Positions 16,487-26,025 of a stretch of DNA of 44,485 nucleotides are shown here, in pieces. This DNA comes from a virus. How positions within the stretch are numbered: position 1 is the stretch's first letter; each line of letters begins with the position of its first letter. Made by a program: the position numbers and the translations under genes. The notes below the pieces were generated by a model that was given only the letters and a program-made list of their open reading frames with translations, was not told the origin of the DNA and did not search any database. The stretch lies in IMG/VR virus record IMGVR_UViG_3300045988_082204. The stretch is one strand, 5' to 3'.

Positions 16487-16665
16487 GAGTTAAATATATT
16501 GGTACTGATTATGTGGCTTTGCCGACTGGTACAATCCGCGAAGTCCTTGCAATAGAAAAAGGTTGGTATCGTATTATGACAGAGCTTGGTGAAGACTATC
16601 TTTTCCCCAAAAGCGTTTTTGAGATAGTGGACGGCAGCGAAGCGGATGTAATTAAAAAAAGCTAA
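16483..16665 (+). CDS. Small hypothetical protein (candidate partner/immunity for the MuF C-terminal module)
   Basis: TTG 16483 lies 8 nt after AAAGGAG (alternative GTG 16474) and overlaps the MuF stop. 60 aa with a VKYIG...GWYRI...FEIV beta-rich pattern. Confidence 0.5.
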   Translation: MRVKYIGTDYVALPTGTIREVLAIEKGWYRIMTELGEDYLFPKSVFEIVDGSEADVIKKS

Positions 16666-16684
16666 CATATTTAACAATCAGTTT

Positions 16685-16713
16685 AAAGCATCGTTAACAG
16701 ACGGTGCTTTTTT
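16685..16713 (+). terminator. Rho-independent terminator
   Basis: 9-bp stem aaagcatcg/cggtgcttt, 8-nt loop, T6 tail. Confidence 0.7.
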
Positions 16714-16736
16714 CATGCCAAAAAGGAGACAGCAGA

Positions 16737-17066
16737 GTGACAATCAACATCTTAGGTGCCAATTGGGCGATTATCGAAAGCAGCGTAAGAGACGATGACC
16801 GTTTGCACGACTGCGACGGTTATTGCGACTGGACAACACGCAAAATCGTTGTTGAACGCGAAATACAGGGTAACTTGTACGACATGGATGCTTACGTTAA
16901 AAAGGTCAAACGACACGAGATCGTGCATGCGTTCCTTGCCGAATGCGGCTTGCATGAATGCTCGGGCGAAACCGACGCGTGGGCAATGAATGAAACAATG
17001 GTCGATTGGTTTGCCCGGATGGGCGAGCGCATCTATAAAGCGTGGACGGAAGCCGACGCGGTTTAA
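16737..17066 (+). CDS. Putative zinc metallopeptidase (HExxH)
   Basis: GTG 16737 follows AAAAGGAGACAGCAGA. Motif RHEIVHAF. Confidence 0.55.
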   Translation: MTINILGANWAIIESSVRDDDRLHDCDGYCDWTTRKIVVEREIQGNLYDMDAYVKKVKRHEIVHAFLAECGLHECSGETDAWAMNETMVDWFARMGERIYKAWTEADAV

Positions 17067-17083
17067 AAAAGGAGGTAAAAGCA

Positions 17084-17293
17084 ATGGCTACGAAAGCTGA
17101 AATAATCCAGTACATCAAAGATTGCGGGCAGGAGATTATTGATAAAGCGCCGGAGCTATACGGCAGCTGTAAATATCCCGAAAACATCAAGATTGAAATC
17201 GAGATAACGCCGGATACCGATTATCCGGAAATCAAGGTAATACACAACTTTATTCCTGAAACATTTATGGATAGAGAGTGGCCAGCTATATAA
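17084..17293 (+). CDS. Hypothetical protein
   Basis: ATG 17084 follows AAAAGGAGGTAAAAGCA. 69 aa. Confidence 0.55.
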   Translation: MATKAEIIQYIKDCGQEIIDKAPELYGSCKYPENIKIEIEITPDTDYPEIKVIHNFIPETFMDREWPAI

Positions 17294-17307
17294 CAATTTA
17301 ATGATCG

Positions 17308-17344
17308 AAGCAGTCAAGCGTTAATTCGCAAGGCTGCTTTTTTC
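17308..17344 (+). terminator. Rho-independent terminator
   Basis: Stem aagcagtc/ggctgctt followed by a T-run. Confidence 0.6.
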
Positions 17345-17442
17345 ATACCCATTTTACCGCGTGCCCAGCGGATAACAAGCAGGGCGGCGCTGAATACGAG
17401 GACTGGCTCGATAAAAAGGAACAGCGCAGAAAGGACGTAAAC

Positions 17443-18096
17443 ATGAAACTGCAATGGTTAAAGGACATCATAGGCGACGTTTACACGGATGATATGGACA
17501 ATGCGGCGGCACAGGCTCTCGGCAAGGACTTTGTATCGCGTGCAGACTTCAACGAAAAGGCCGGTAAGGTAAAGGAGCTTGAAGCGACGGTTACACAGCT
17601 TAACGGCACAGTAAAAGACCGCGACAAGCAGCTTGAAACGCTGAAAGCATCCACCGGCGACATGGCCGCACTGAAAGAACAGATAAGCAAGCTACAGCAG
17701 GACAACGCTGACGCGGCGAAAGCCCACGCAGCGGAGATAAAGCGCCTGAAAATCGATACTGCCGTTGATATGGCCGTGGCGACCGCAAAGGCGAAAAACG
17801 TTAAGGCGGTAAAGGCGTTGCTCGATCTTGATAAAGCAGAGCTTGATGAAGACGGCACAGTCAAAGGGCTGGCCGAGCAGCTTAAGAAGCTTGCAACCGC
17901 TTCCGATAGCGCGTTTATGTTTGAAACCGGAAAGCAGCAGCAGAAATTTGACGGCTTTAAGCCGGGCGAAAAGGGCGGCGAACCTAACGGCGGCATGACG
18001 CTTGAAAGCTTTAGAAAACTGTCGCCGGTCGAACGCTTCAACTTTTCGCAGAAAAACCCCGAAGAATACAAAAAACTATATGGAGGAACTAATTAA
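17443..18096 (+). CDS. Capsid scaffolding protein
   Basis: 217-aa coiled-coil, Ala/Lys/Glu-rich protein immediately upstream of the capsid gene (GP20-like). Confidence 0.75.
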   Translation: MKLQWLKDIIGDVYTDDMDNAAAQALGKDFVSRADFNEKAGKVKELEATVTQLNGTVKDRDKQLETLKASTGDMAALKEQISKLQQDNADAAKAHAAEIKRLKIDTAVDMAVATAKAKNVKAVKALLDLDKAELDEDGTVKGLAEQLKKLATASDSAFMFETGKQQQKFDGFKPGEKGGEPNGGMTLESFRKLSPVERFNFSQKNPEEYKKLYGGTN

Positions 18097-19010
18097 TGGC
18101 ACATCAGATTTATGACAATTTTTATCTGTCGAACGAAATCGAAGATCAGTACAATTCGCACCTTGATCTACAGTCGTTCTGCACTGTAGATAACACACTT
18201 GAAGGCTCTGCCGGCATGCTGCGTAAAATCAACGTTTACAAAGCAACCGACGGTACTGAAAAGCTGGCTATGGGCGCTGGCAACACCAAAAGCATCGAAG
18301 TCAGCTATACTCCGCATGAATACCGTATTCAGCTTGCGCAGAACCGTTTTAAATACTACGACGAGCAGACCATGACCGATCCGCAACTTGTACCCGTTGG
18401 CGCAAAGCACATGGGCACTGACATGTTTAACACCGTCAACAAGGATATTTACGGCGAGTTTGCAAAGGCTACACAGGTTGCTGTTGTCAGCAAGTTTGAT
18501 TTCGGCGCTTTTGCGGATGCACAGTCCATCCTTGCCCTTGAGAACCTTGAAGACGTGACTATTTTCGCGTTTGTCTGCCCCGCCGACGTGGCCGAGCTGC
18601 GCAAGGAGCTGAAGGACACCTTGCAGTATGTTGAGGCATTCGCTAAAAACGGCTATGTCGGCAGTGTGGCCGGTGTAAACATCTACACCAAGAAAGATGC
18701 AACCGCCGGTTCTATCTACATGGCAACCAAGGAAGCTGTAACGCTGTTTAACAAGAAGGGCACGGAGACCGAAACCGAACGCGACCCCAATACCCGTGAA
18801 AACAGCATCTATTCTCGTAAGTACTACATTGCAGCACTTACCGATGAGACTAAGGATGTTAAGATTTTCAAGGGCACTGCAACCGCAGCGTCTGAAACCA
18901 CCGTTACCAGCGGTACTACCTATTACGCCAAAGTCGGCCTGGGTTACGTCGCAGTTACGCCCGCGAGCGGTGATAACCCGAAAACTAAGGGCTGGTATAC
19001 CATCGCATAA
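18096..19010 (+). CDS. Major capsid protein
   Basis: 304 aa. ATG overlaps the scaffold stop (TAATG). Position and composition fit. Confidence 0.8.
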   Translation: MAHQIYDNFYLSNEIEDQYNSHLDLQSFCTVDNTLEGSAGMLRKINVYKATDGTEKLAMGAGNTKSIEVSYTPHEYRIQLAQNRFKYYDEQTMTDPQLVPVGAKHMGTDMFNTVNKDIYGEFAKATQVAVVSKFDFGAFADAQSILALENLEDVTIFAFVCPADVAELRKELKDTLQYVEAFAKNGYVGSVAGVNIYTKKDATAGSIYMATKEAVTLFNKKGTETETERDPNTRENSIYSRKYYIAALTDETKDVKIFKGTATAASETTVTSGTTYYAKVGLGYVAVTPASGDNPKTKGWYTIA

Positions 19011-19021
19011 GGAGGCGCAAC

Positions 19022-19411
19022 ATGGACATACTTTCGACCGCAAAGGAACGTTTAGCGGCGTTTGGATATAAAGTGACGGATGATGACAATTCGGCGCTTG
19101 AGTATAACATACGCCGCGCCGAAGCGTATCTGATAGCGCAGACAAATCAGAAGCAAGTGCCCGAAGGACTTGAATATGTATGGGTCGATATGGCCGTTGG
19201 TATGTTCCTTGCCGACAAGAAAGCTACAGGCGCGTTAGGCGATACATATACGTTTGATGCGCCTGTAAAAAGCGTATCGGAAGGCGATACATCGGTCACG
19301 TTTGCGATATCTGATGCAGGATCAGCCGAAGACCAGTTTAATGCGGTTATCAGTAAAATGATAAATCCCAGCGCGGAAGTAATAGCCGCGTATAGAAAGC
19401 TGGTGTGGTAA
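19022..19411 (+). CDS. Head-tail connector (gp6-like)
   Basis: Position after the capsid gene and size of 129 aa. Confidence 0.55.
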   Translation: MDILSTAKERLAAFGYKVTDDDNSALEYNIRRAEAYLIAQTNQKQVPEGLEYVWVDMAVGMFLADKKATGALGDTYTFDAPVKSVSEGDTSVTFAISDAGSAEDQFNAVISKMINPSAEVIAAYRKLVW

Positions 19412-19771
19412 ATGGCTACGCGTAAAGCAGCACTGCAAAGTCTGTGGCGCGGCGTTTGCAACGTGTATATGCAGGAATATACCGTAAACGGCAAAACAGG
19501 CAGGGACGAAGCTAAAGAGGTTCTGAAGCTTGAAAAGCAGCCTTGCCGTCTGTCGTTTGAAAGCATACAAAGCACGGGCGACGCAAACGGTGCGCCGATA
19601 ATTCAGCAGTCGGTGAAACTGTTCATTGATAGTACGCTGGATATACCGGCAGGCGCTAAGATCGTCGTTACACAAAACGGCGTTACCAACGCATACGCAC
19701 GTTCGGGCGAACCGGCGATATACAAATATCATCAGGAAATCATGCTGATACCGTTCAAGGATTACGCATAA
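19412..19771 (+). CDS. Putative head-closure / head-tail adaptor protein
   Basis: Position and size (119 aa). Called by synteny only. Confidence 0.45.
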   Translation: MATRKAALQSLWRGVCNVYMQEYTVNGKTGRDEAKEVLKLEKQPCRLSFESIQSTGDANGAPIIQQSVKLFIDSTLDIPAGAKIVVTQNGVTNAYARSGEPAIYKYHQEIMLIPFKDYA

Positions 19772-20346
19772 TGGCTAAGTGGGGAAATTGTAAATTCGAT
19801 CAACTGAAAGAATACGCCGAAAGGCTTGAAAAGCTGACGGATGCCGATATTGAAGAACTGTGCATTAAGTGCAGCAAGGAATTAGCGGCGCGACTTTTGG
19901 CATTGGTCATCCCGCGAACGGTTGTAGGCGATTACAGTGTATTGAAAGTCCGCACAGCGCGAAAGGATACCAAATACCGCAAAAAAGGCGAACAGTATAC
20001 CGTGCGTGTCAAGCCCAAATCCGGCAAAATGGGTGGTACGCTGCGGCGCGGTTGGACTTCAAAAACACATGCTGAAGCAGCAAGCGGCAAGGGCAAGAAC
20101 GGGAAACCGATCAAAGAATATGCCGCAAGCTTGCCGGTGTGTAAAGTTAGCGGCTATTACATAATTCAAATCATCAATCCAGTCGAATATGCATCCTATG
20201 TTGAATTTGGACACCGCACAAAAAGCGGCGGCTGGGTCAATGGAAAGTATATGCTGACTATTTCCGAAGAACGGCTAAAGCAGATTTCGCCGGTTGTGTT
20301 GCAGCGGATGATTAACAAGAAACTACACGAGGTGCTGAATGGCTGA
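19771..20346 (+). CDS. HK97 gp10-like neck/tail-attachment protein
   Basis: YASYVEFGHRTKSGGWVNGKYML pattern. Confidence 0.6.
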   Translation: MAKWGNCKFDQLKEYAERLEKLTDADIEELCIKCSKELAARLLALVIPRTVVGDYSVLKVRTARKDTKYRKKGEQYTVRVKPKSGKMGGTLRRGWTSKTHAEAASGKGKNGKPIKEYAASLPVCKVSGYYIIQIINPVEYASYVEFGHRTKSGGWVNGKYMLTISEERLKQISPVVLQRMINKKLHEVLNG

Positions 20347-20773
20347 AATCAACACAAACATTATACTTGATGGCATAACGCTTGCCCTGCGCAAGGCGTT
20401 CCCGGATAGCATGATAACATCAAACGAAGTGAAGCAGGGGCTTAATGTTCCTGCTTTTATCGTGCGTATGGTGTCGTTCCAAACACAGGCGCACCCGATG
20501 CAGAGGCATAAAAACCTGCCGCGCTTTGATATTATCTATTTTCCCAAAGCGGATCGGGAAGAATGCTACAGCGTTTCGGATAAGCTGTGCAAGGTGCTTG
20601 AAGTCATAGCGCTGCCGTCCGGCGATAAGGTGCGCGGCGTGGATATGTCGTCGGAAATAACGGACGATGCGTTGCATTTCTTCATATCTTACAATCACTT
20701 CGTGTATGCGCCTTACTACGATACCACAATGGATGAATTAAAAATCAAACAGGGTGAAGCAAATGAAGGATAA
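20339..20773 (+). CDS. Putative tail-completion protein
   Basis: Called by synteny only (upstream of the sheath gene). Confidence 0.4.
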   Translation: MAEINTNIILDGITLALRKAFPDSMITSNEVKQGLNVPAFIVRMVSFQTQAHPMQRHKNLPRFDIIYFPKADREECYSVSDKLCKVLEVIALPSGDKVRGVDMSSEITDDALHFFISYNHFVYAPYYDTTMDELKIKQGEANEG

Positions 20774-20945
20774 AAAGGCGGCAAAAGCCGCACCGATAAC
20801 CTATACAAAGCAGCAGCTGCTATCATCCAAACGCTACGCAAAGCGGCGCGATCTTGTCGGTGCGCTGCTGGATGACGACGGCGAATATACAATTGATGCC
20901 GTCGATGCTGCTATTAAAAACTATATGAAAGGCAAGGTAAATTAA
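20763..20945 (+). CDS. Hypothetical small protein
   Basis: ATG 20763 lies 6 nt after AGGGTG (alternative GTG 20754). Confidence 0.4.
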   Translation: MKDKKAAKAAPITYTKQQLLSSKRYAKRRDLVGALLDDDGEYTIDAVDAAIKNYMKGKVN

Positions 20946-20946
20946 T

Positions 20947-22287
20947 ATGGCACTTGGTGGCGGTCTGTGGACTGTTCAAAATAAGGTACTGCCGGGTACA
21001 TACATCAATTTCGCCAGCACCGCGAAAGCGTCGGCTGCACTGTCCGACAGGGGCTATGTGGCTATGCCGCTGATGCTGGACTGGGGCATTGATGGCAAGG
21101 TTTTCACTGTTACAAGCGCTGATTTTCAGAAAAACTGCCTGAAACTGTTCGGCCACAACTACAACGATGATGAAATGCTGCCGCTGCGCGAACTGTTCAT
21201 GAATGCACAGACGCTGTATGCGTACCGTCTTAACGGCGGCGGCGCAAAGGCTGCTAACACGTTCTGCACGGCCAAATACACGGGCACTGCCGGTAACAAG
21301 CTGTATGTCGTTATCGCTGCAAACGCCGATAGCACAAGTATGTTCGATGTAAGCCTGTATTACGATACTACGCTGCTCGATGCGCAGACCGTAGCGGCGG
21401 CAACGGCGCTGAAAGACAACGACTTTGTTACATGGAAAACTAATGCAACGCTTGAAGTAACGACTAAAACCGCACTCAGCGGCGGCACTAACGGTACTGC
21501 CAATGCAGCGGCACATCAGGCGGCGCTTGATAAGTTCGAAAGCTACAGCTTTAACACGCTCGGTTGTCCTGTCGATGACACTACTACTGCAAAGCTGTAC
21601 ATGAATTATACAAAGCGTATGCGCGATGAAGTCGGCGCAAAGTTTCAGACGGTTATTTTCAACCTGTCTGCCAATGCGAAAATTGCCGACTATGAGGGAG
21701 TCATCGAAGTTGCAAGCAAGGCGGCTGATTACCCGTCGAACGTTGCAGGCATCGGCCAGTATGCACTTGTTTACTGGGTCACCGGCGCTTCTGCCGGATG
21801 CGCTGTGAACAAATCCAATACCAACAAAAAATACGACGGCGAGTTGTCGATTGACGTTGACAAGACACAGGCTGATCTTGCGGCAGATATCGAAGCCGGA
21901 CGTTTTGTTATGCACAACGTAAACGGCGATGTTCGCGTACTGGAGGATATAAACTCCCTCACTACCACATCGGAAACAAAGGGCGATATCTTCAAGAACA
22001 ATCAGACTATCAGGGTATGCGATCAGATAGCCAACGACGCGGCGGTGCTTTTCAATACGCGCTATCTCGGTGTTGTCGCAAACGACGCGGCAGGCCGTAT
22101 TTCGCTGTGGAATGATATCTGCAAGTTGCATCAGGCGCTTGAGAATATTCGCGCTATCGAAAACTTTGAACCCGATAGCGTGACTGTGGAACAGGGCGAG
22201 ACAAAGCGCTCCGTTCTGTGCACGATCAAAGACCTGAACATTATCAACGCGATGGAACAGCTTTATATGTCCATCGTGATTATGTAA
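20947..22287 (+). CDS. Tail sheath protein (XkdK-like)
   Basis: 446 aa. N-terminus WTVQNKVLPGTYINF. Followed by a tube-like gene. Confidence 0.85.
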   Translation: MALGGGLWTVQNKVLPGTYINFASTAKASAALSDRGYVAMPLMLDWGIDGKVFTVTSADFQKNCLKLFGHNYNDDEMLPLRELFMNAQTLYAYRLNGGGAKAANTFCTAKYTGTAGNKLYVVIAANADSTSMFDVSLYYDTTLLDAQTVAAATALKDNDFVTWKTNATLEVTTKTALSGGTNGTANAAAHQAALDKFESYSFNTLGCPVDDTTTAKLYMNYTKRMRDEVGAKFQTVIFNLSANAKIADYEGVIEVASKAADYPSNVAGIGQYALVYWVTGASAGCAVNKSNTNKKYDGELSIDVDKTQADLAADIEAGRFVMHNVNGDVRVLEDINSLTTTSETKGDIFKNNQTIRVCDQIANDAAVLFNTRYLGVVANDAAGRISLWNDICKLHQALENIRAIENFEPDSVTVEQGETKRSVLCTIKDLNIINAMEQLYMSIVIM

Positions 22288-22302
22288 GAAAGGGGATAAA
22301 TT

Positions 22303-22779
22303 ATGGATCGTATTCATATGGACGCGCTCGATGCGATAGCCGGTGCACAGGCCGAGGCATTTATTACACTTGCCGACGGCAACAGATACCGAATGATAAA
22401 CTTCGTATCCTTTGAAGCAAGCGCGGAGATAAATCTTGTTGAGGTTCCCATTCTCGGCAAGTCCGGCAAGGGCAACAAGCCCACCGGCTGGACGGGTACA
22501 TGGTCGGGCAACGCGCAGTATAACCAGTCTGTTTTCAGGGAAATGATGCTGGAATACAAGCGCACCGGCAAACTGCCGCGCTTTGATATCCAGGTAACCA
22601 ACGAAGATCCCACAGCTTCTAACGGCAGGCAGACGATCATCTTGAAAAACTGCTATTTCAAGGGCGGTATACTTACCAAATTTGATGCCGATGCCGAGAC
22701 GCTTGATGAGGATATCGAGGGCACGTTTGACGATTGGGAGATGCCCGAAAAATTCAACCTGCTTAACGGCATGCAGTAA
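22303..22779 (+). CDS. Tail tube protein (XkdM-like)
   Basis: 158 aa, located directly after the sheath gene. Confidence 0.8.
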   Translation: MDRIHMDALDAIAGAQAEAFITLADGNRYRMINFVSFEASAEINLVEVPILGKSGKGNKPTGWTGTWSGNAQYNQSVFREMMLEYKRTGKLPRFDIQVTNEDPTASNGRQTIILKNCYFKGGILTKFDADAETLDEDIEGTFDDWEMPEKFNLLNGMQ

Positions 22780-22793
22780 AGAAAGGATAATAC

Positions 22794-23225
22794 ATGGCTA
22801 ATTCGCTTTCCGCGTTTCTTGCTGAAAACGCAAAGAAAATTGATAACATAAAGTACGCCGTTTCCGACCGATTTGTGGACGAAAACGGCGATGCTATTGA
22901 ATGGGAAGTAAAGTGCATCACGGCAGCGGAAAACGCGGAACTGCGTAAAACGTGCATGCGCACTGTTCCCGTTCGCGGCGGTCGCAAGGGACAGACCACG
23001 CAGGAATTTGACGAGGCGGCATATACCGCAAAGCTGGCCGCACGCTGCACAGTGTTCCCGAATCTGAACGACGGCGAATTGCAGCAGTCGTACCACGTCA
23101 ACGGTGCTGATAACCTTATTGTCGCCATGCTTACACCTGCCGAATTTGACGATTACACCGTAAAGATAATAGAGCAGTGCGGTTTTAAAACCGGCGAGGA
23201 GCTTGTTGAAGAAGCAAAAAACTAA
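22794..23225 (+). CDS. Tail assembly chaperone, short form (XkdN-like)
   Basis: Position between the tube and tape measure genes. Ends one codon after the slippery heptamer. Confidence 0.75.
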   Translation: MANSLSAFLAENAKKIDNIKYAVSDRFVDENGDAIEWEVKCITAAENAELRKTCMRTVPVRGGRKGQTTQEFDEAAYTAKLAARCTVFPNLNDGELQQSYHVNGADNLIVAMLTPAEFDDYTVKIIEQCGFKTGEELVEEAKN

Positions 23226-23398
23226 TTGATGAGGGCGACCCCGAAGCAAACTATGCTTATTATTGCCTTCATAAATTCCGCTGGGCACCGCATGTTTTTC
23301 TTGAACTATCGCCGCAGGAGCAGGCATTTGTTATCGCGGCGATAGACCGCAAGGTCGAACAGGAAAGAAAAGAAGCGGCCAAAATAAAGAAGAAATAA
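22794..23398 (+). CDS. Tail assembly chaperone, -1 frameshift long form
   Basis: A slip at A_AAA_AAC (23216-23222) into the -1 frame, which is open from 23210 to 23398. Gives ..EEAKKLIDEGDPEANYAYYCLHKFRWAPHVFLELSPQEQAFVIAAIDRKVEQERKEAAKIKKK. Confidence 0.65.
23216..23222 (+). promoter_or_regulatory. Programmed -1 ribosomal frameshift heptamer A_AAA_AAC
   Basis: Canonical X_XXY_YYZ in the zero frame (gcA AAA AAC taa). Confidence 0.65.
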
Positions 23399-23452
23399 GC
23401 GCCGAAGTAAACGGGGTCTGCTACGGCGCTTCCGTTAAAAAGGGGGTCGATT

Positions 23453-25366
23453 ATGGCCACTATCAAAACAGTATTATCGATACAGGACGCGATGACAAAG
23501 CCCCTGCGCAGCATAAACAGGGCGATGAACCTTGTTATCAGCAGCATGGAGCAGATGCAGAAAGCAACGCGCAAGCCTGTTGATACAAAGGCGCTGAAAG
23601 CTGCACGTGACGAACTGGCAAAAATGGGCGCTGCTATCGATGATATTGAAGAAAAAACCGAAAGAGCTGGTAATACTGCCGATAAAACAGCATCAAAATT
23701 CAGAAAAATCATGGCAGCTGTCGGCGGTGTCGCAGCTGTAAAAAAAGCTGTTGAATTATCCGATAATCTTACACAGGCGCAAGGCCGAATGAAGATGCTT
23801 ACCGGCAGCGACGCGGCGGCAAGCCAGATGAATGACGCGATCTATTCACTTGCTAACCGTTCACGCGCAAGCTATTTAGATACGGCTAAGTTTGTAACCG
23901 ATATGGGCACGAATGCCGGTGTAGGTGCAAAGGGCGCGTTTGCTAACACTGATGAACTGCTGCGCTTTTCCGAAAGCGTTAATAAACTATTCGTTATCGG
24001 TAATGCGAATTCTGACGCGCAAAAAGCCGCAACCTTGCAGCTAACTCAGGCTATGGCCTCAGGTGTCCTGCGCGGCGAGGAATTGAATTCGATTTTTGAA
24101 CAATCTACACCGCTTATTCAAACTGTAGCCGACTATCTTGATGTTCCGTTAGGCAAAATCCGCGATATGGCAGCAGATGGGCAGATAACCGCCGAAATTG
24201 TCAAAAACGCAATGATTGCAAGCGCGGACGAAATAGATAAAAGATTCAGTAAAATGCCGTATACATGGTCGCAGATATGGACGGTCGTTTCAAACGTTAT
24301 AATGCGTGTGCTAACGCCGGTGTTCAAGCTCATCAGTGCAATAGCGCAGTTTGTAGCTAATAACTGGTCAATTATCGCACCGATCGTATTAGGCATCGCG
24401 GCAGCATTCGGCGTGTGGCTGTTGGTTACAAAGGGTGCTTACATATGGTTTTCTGCCTTTTATGTAATAACTAAAGCTGTAACGGTCGCACAGGCCGCGC
24501 TAAATGCAGTATTAGCGCTTAATCCGTTGGCGCTTATTATTATCGGCATTATAGCGTTGATTGCACTGATAGCGGCTGTAATCGGAATAATCAATCGCGT
24601 TAAAGGTACGTCCATTTCTGCTATTGGCGTTATATGCGGTGGAATAAATGTTGTTTGGGCTGCTATAAAAAATGCTGGTTTAATGATTGCTAACGTCGCA
24701 TTGGGAATATTAGACATATTTCTTGCGTGTGTGTATAACATCGGCGCGGCATTTTCCAACACAATTGCCGATATTGAAATGCTGTTTTGGGGTTTCTTGG
24801 CCGTCGCAGTTGAAGTCGTTTTAGGTGTTGTAAAGCTACTAAACAAACTGCCGTTCGTGAACATTCCGACTGACGGTTTATCAAGCACCGTAGATACCTT
24901 TATGGGCAAATCTGATGCTGCACTTTCAAAACGTAAGGATTACAAGGAACTTGATGATGCTTTCATGACCGGCTTTAGAACATTTGATGCTTTTGGTTCA
25001 GGTTGGGCAAGCGATGCATATAAATCCGGCTATAATTTCGGCGAAGGTATTTCAAATAAAATAACCGGCTTGGGCGACAGCATAGGAGGCTTATTAGGGC
25101 AGGCGGCAGCCAACACAGAAGCCACAGCCGAGAATACAGGCAGTGCGGCTTCTTCGCTGAAAAACACAAGCGAAGATTTGAAGTATCTGCGCGATCTCGC
25201 CGAGCAGGAAGCAATCAACCGTTTCACAACGGCAGAGGTAAAAATCGACATGACGGGTATGACGAACAGAATATCATCGGACATGGATTTAGACGGTGTT
25301 CTGCGCGTCCTGACTGACGGCTTTGCCGAAGCCCTTACCGTCGCGGCAGAGGGGGTACACGCATAA
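23453..25366 (+). CDS. Tape measure protein
   Basis: 637 aa with a helical N-terminal half, multiple hydrophobic segments and the expected position. Confidence 0.85.
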   Translation: MATIKTVLSIQDAMTKPLRSINRAMNLVISSMEQMQKATRKPVDTKALKAARDELAKMGAAIDDIEEKTERAGNTADKTASKFRKIMAAVGGVAAVKKAVELSDNLTQAQGRMKMLTGSDAAASQMNDAIYSLANRSRASYLDTAKFVTDMGTNAGVGAKGAFANTDELLRFSESVNKLFVIGNANSDAQKAATLQLTQAMASGVLRGEELNSIFEQSTPLIQTVADYLDVPLGKIRDMAADGQITAEIVKNAMIASADEIDKRFSKMPYTWSQIWTVVSNVIMRVLTPVFKLISAIAQFVANNWSIIAPIVLGIAAAFGVWLLVTKGAYIWFSAFYVITKAVTVAQAALNAVLALNPLALIIIGIIALIALIAAVIGIINRVKGTSISAIGVICGGINVVWAAIKNAGLMIANVALGILDIFLACVYNIGAAFSNTIADIEMLFWGFLAVAVEVVLGVVKLLNKLPFVNIPTDGLSSTVDTFMGKSDAALSKRKDYKELDDAFMTGFRTFDAFGSGWASDAYKSGYNFGEGISNKITGLGDSIGGLLGQAAANTEATAENTGSAASSLKNTSEDLKYLRDLAEQEAINRFTTAEVKIDMTGMTNRISSDMDLDGVLRVLTDGFAEALTVAAEGVHA

Positions 25367-26025
25367 TGTATAGTTTCTTTTTCGATGATATGCAGCTGCC
25401 TGTTACCCCGTCGAAGCTGTCCGTTAAAATCAAAGGCAACAATAAAACGTTGACGCTGGTGAACGAGGGAGATATTAATTTTCTTCGTTCGCCCGGCTTA
25501 ACGGAAATCAGCTTTGAAATGCTGCTGCCGATGCTTGAGCAGTATTCTTTCGCATCGGAATATCGCCAGCCTGACTACTATTTAGGCATCCTTGAAAGCT
25601 ATATGACGGAAAAGAAACCGTTTCGTTTCATCGTAAGCCGCGTATCGCCGTCAGGTGACAAGCTTTACGATACGAACATAAAAGTAAGCCTTGAAGATTA
25701 CACGGTGTCAGAGGACGCCACAGACGGCTTTGACGTAACTGTAAGCATAAATCTGAAACAGTATATTGACTATGCGACGAAGAAAGTAACGGTTACGAAG
25801 CCCGATAACAGCAGCAAATCAACGCTGAAAACCGAAACACCGCGTGAGACTTCCGGCAAGCCGACCGCAAAGACCTACACCGTAAAGAGCGGTGATTGCC
25901 TGTGGACTATCGCAAAGAAGTATTACGGTAACGGTGCACAGTACACGAAAATTTACAATGCCAATAAGGACAAGATCAGCAATCCTAATCTGATCTACGT
26001 AGGGCAGGTGTTGACTATCCCGTGA
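25366..26025 (+). CDS. LysM-domain tail protein (XkdP-like)
   Basis: C-terminal YTVKSGDCLWTIAKKYYGNGAQYTKIYNANKDKISNPNLIYVGQVLTIP. Confidence 0.8.
   Translation: MYSFFFDDMQLPVTPSKLSVKIKGNNKTLTLVNEGDINFLRSPGLTEISFEMLLPMLEQYSFASEYRQPDYYLGILESYMTEKKPFRFIVSRVSPSGDKLYDTNIKVSLEDYTVSEDATDGFDVTVSINLKQYIDYATKKVTVTKPDNSSKSTLKTETPRETSGKPTAKTYTVKSGDCLWTIAKKYYGNGAQYTKIYNANKDKISNPNLIYVGQVLTIP

Noticed and set aside
20914-22317. A 467-aa minus-strand ORF covering the whole sheath gene. Similar long antisense ORFs occur at 18168-19145, 17481-18071, 15590-16369, 13597-14319, 6826-7584 and 267-869.
   Set aside because: They are exactly antisense to well-supported + strand genes. Their composition is low-complexity or odd. 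They lack SD/start context. They are explained by the scarcity of TTA/CTA/TCA codons in the sense frame. These are shadow ORFs.
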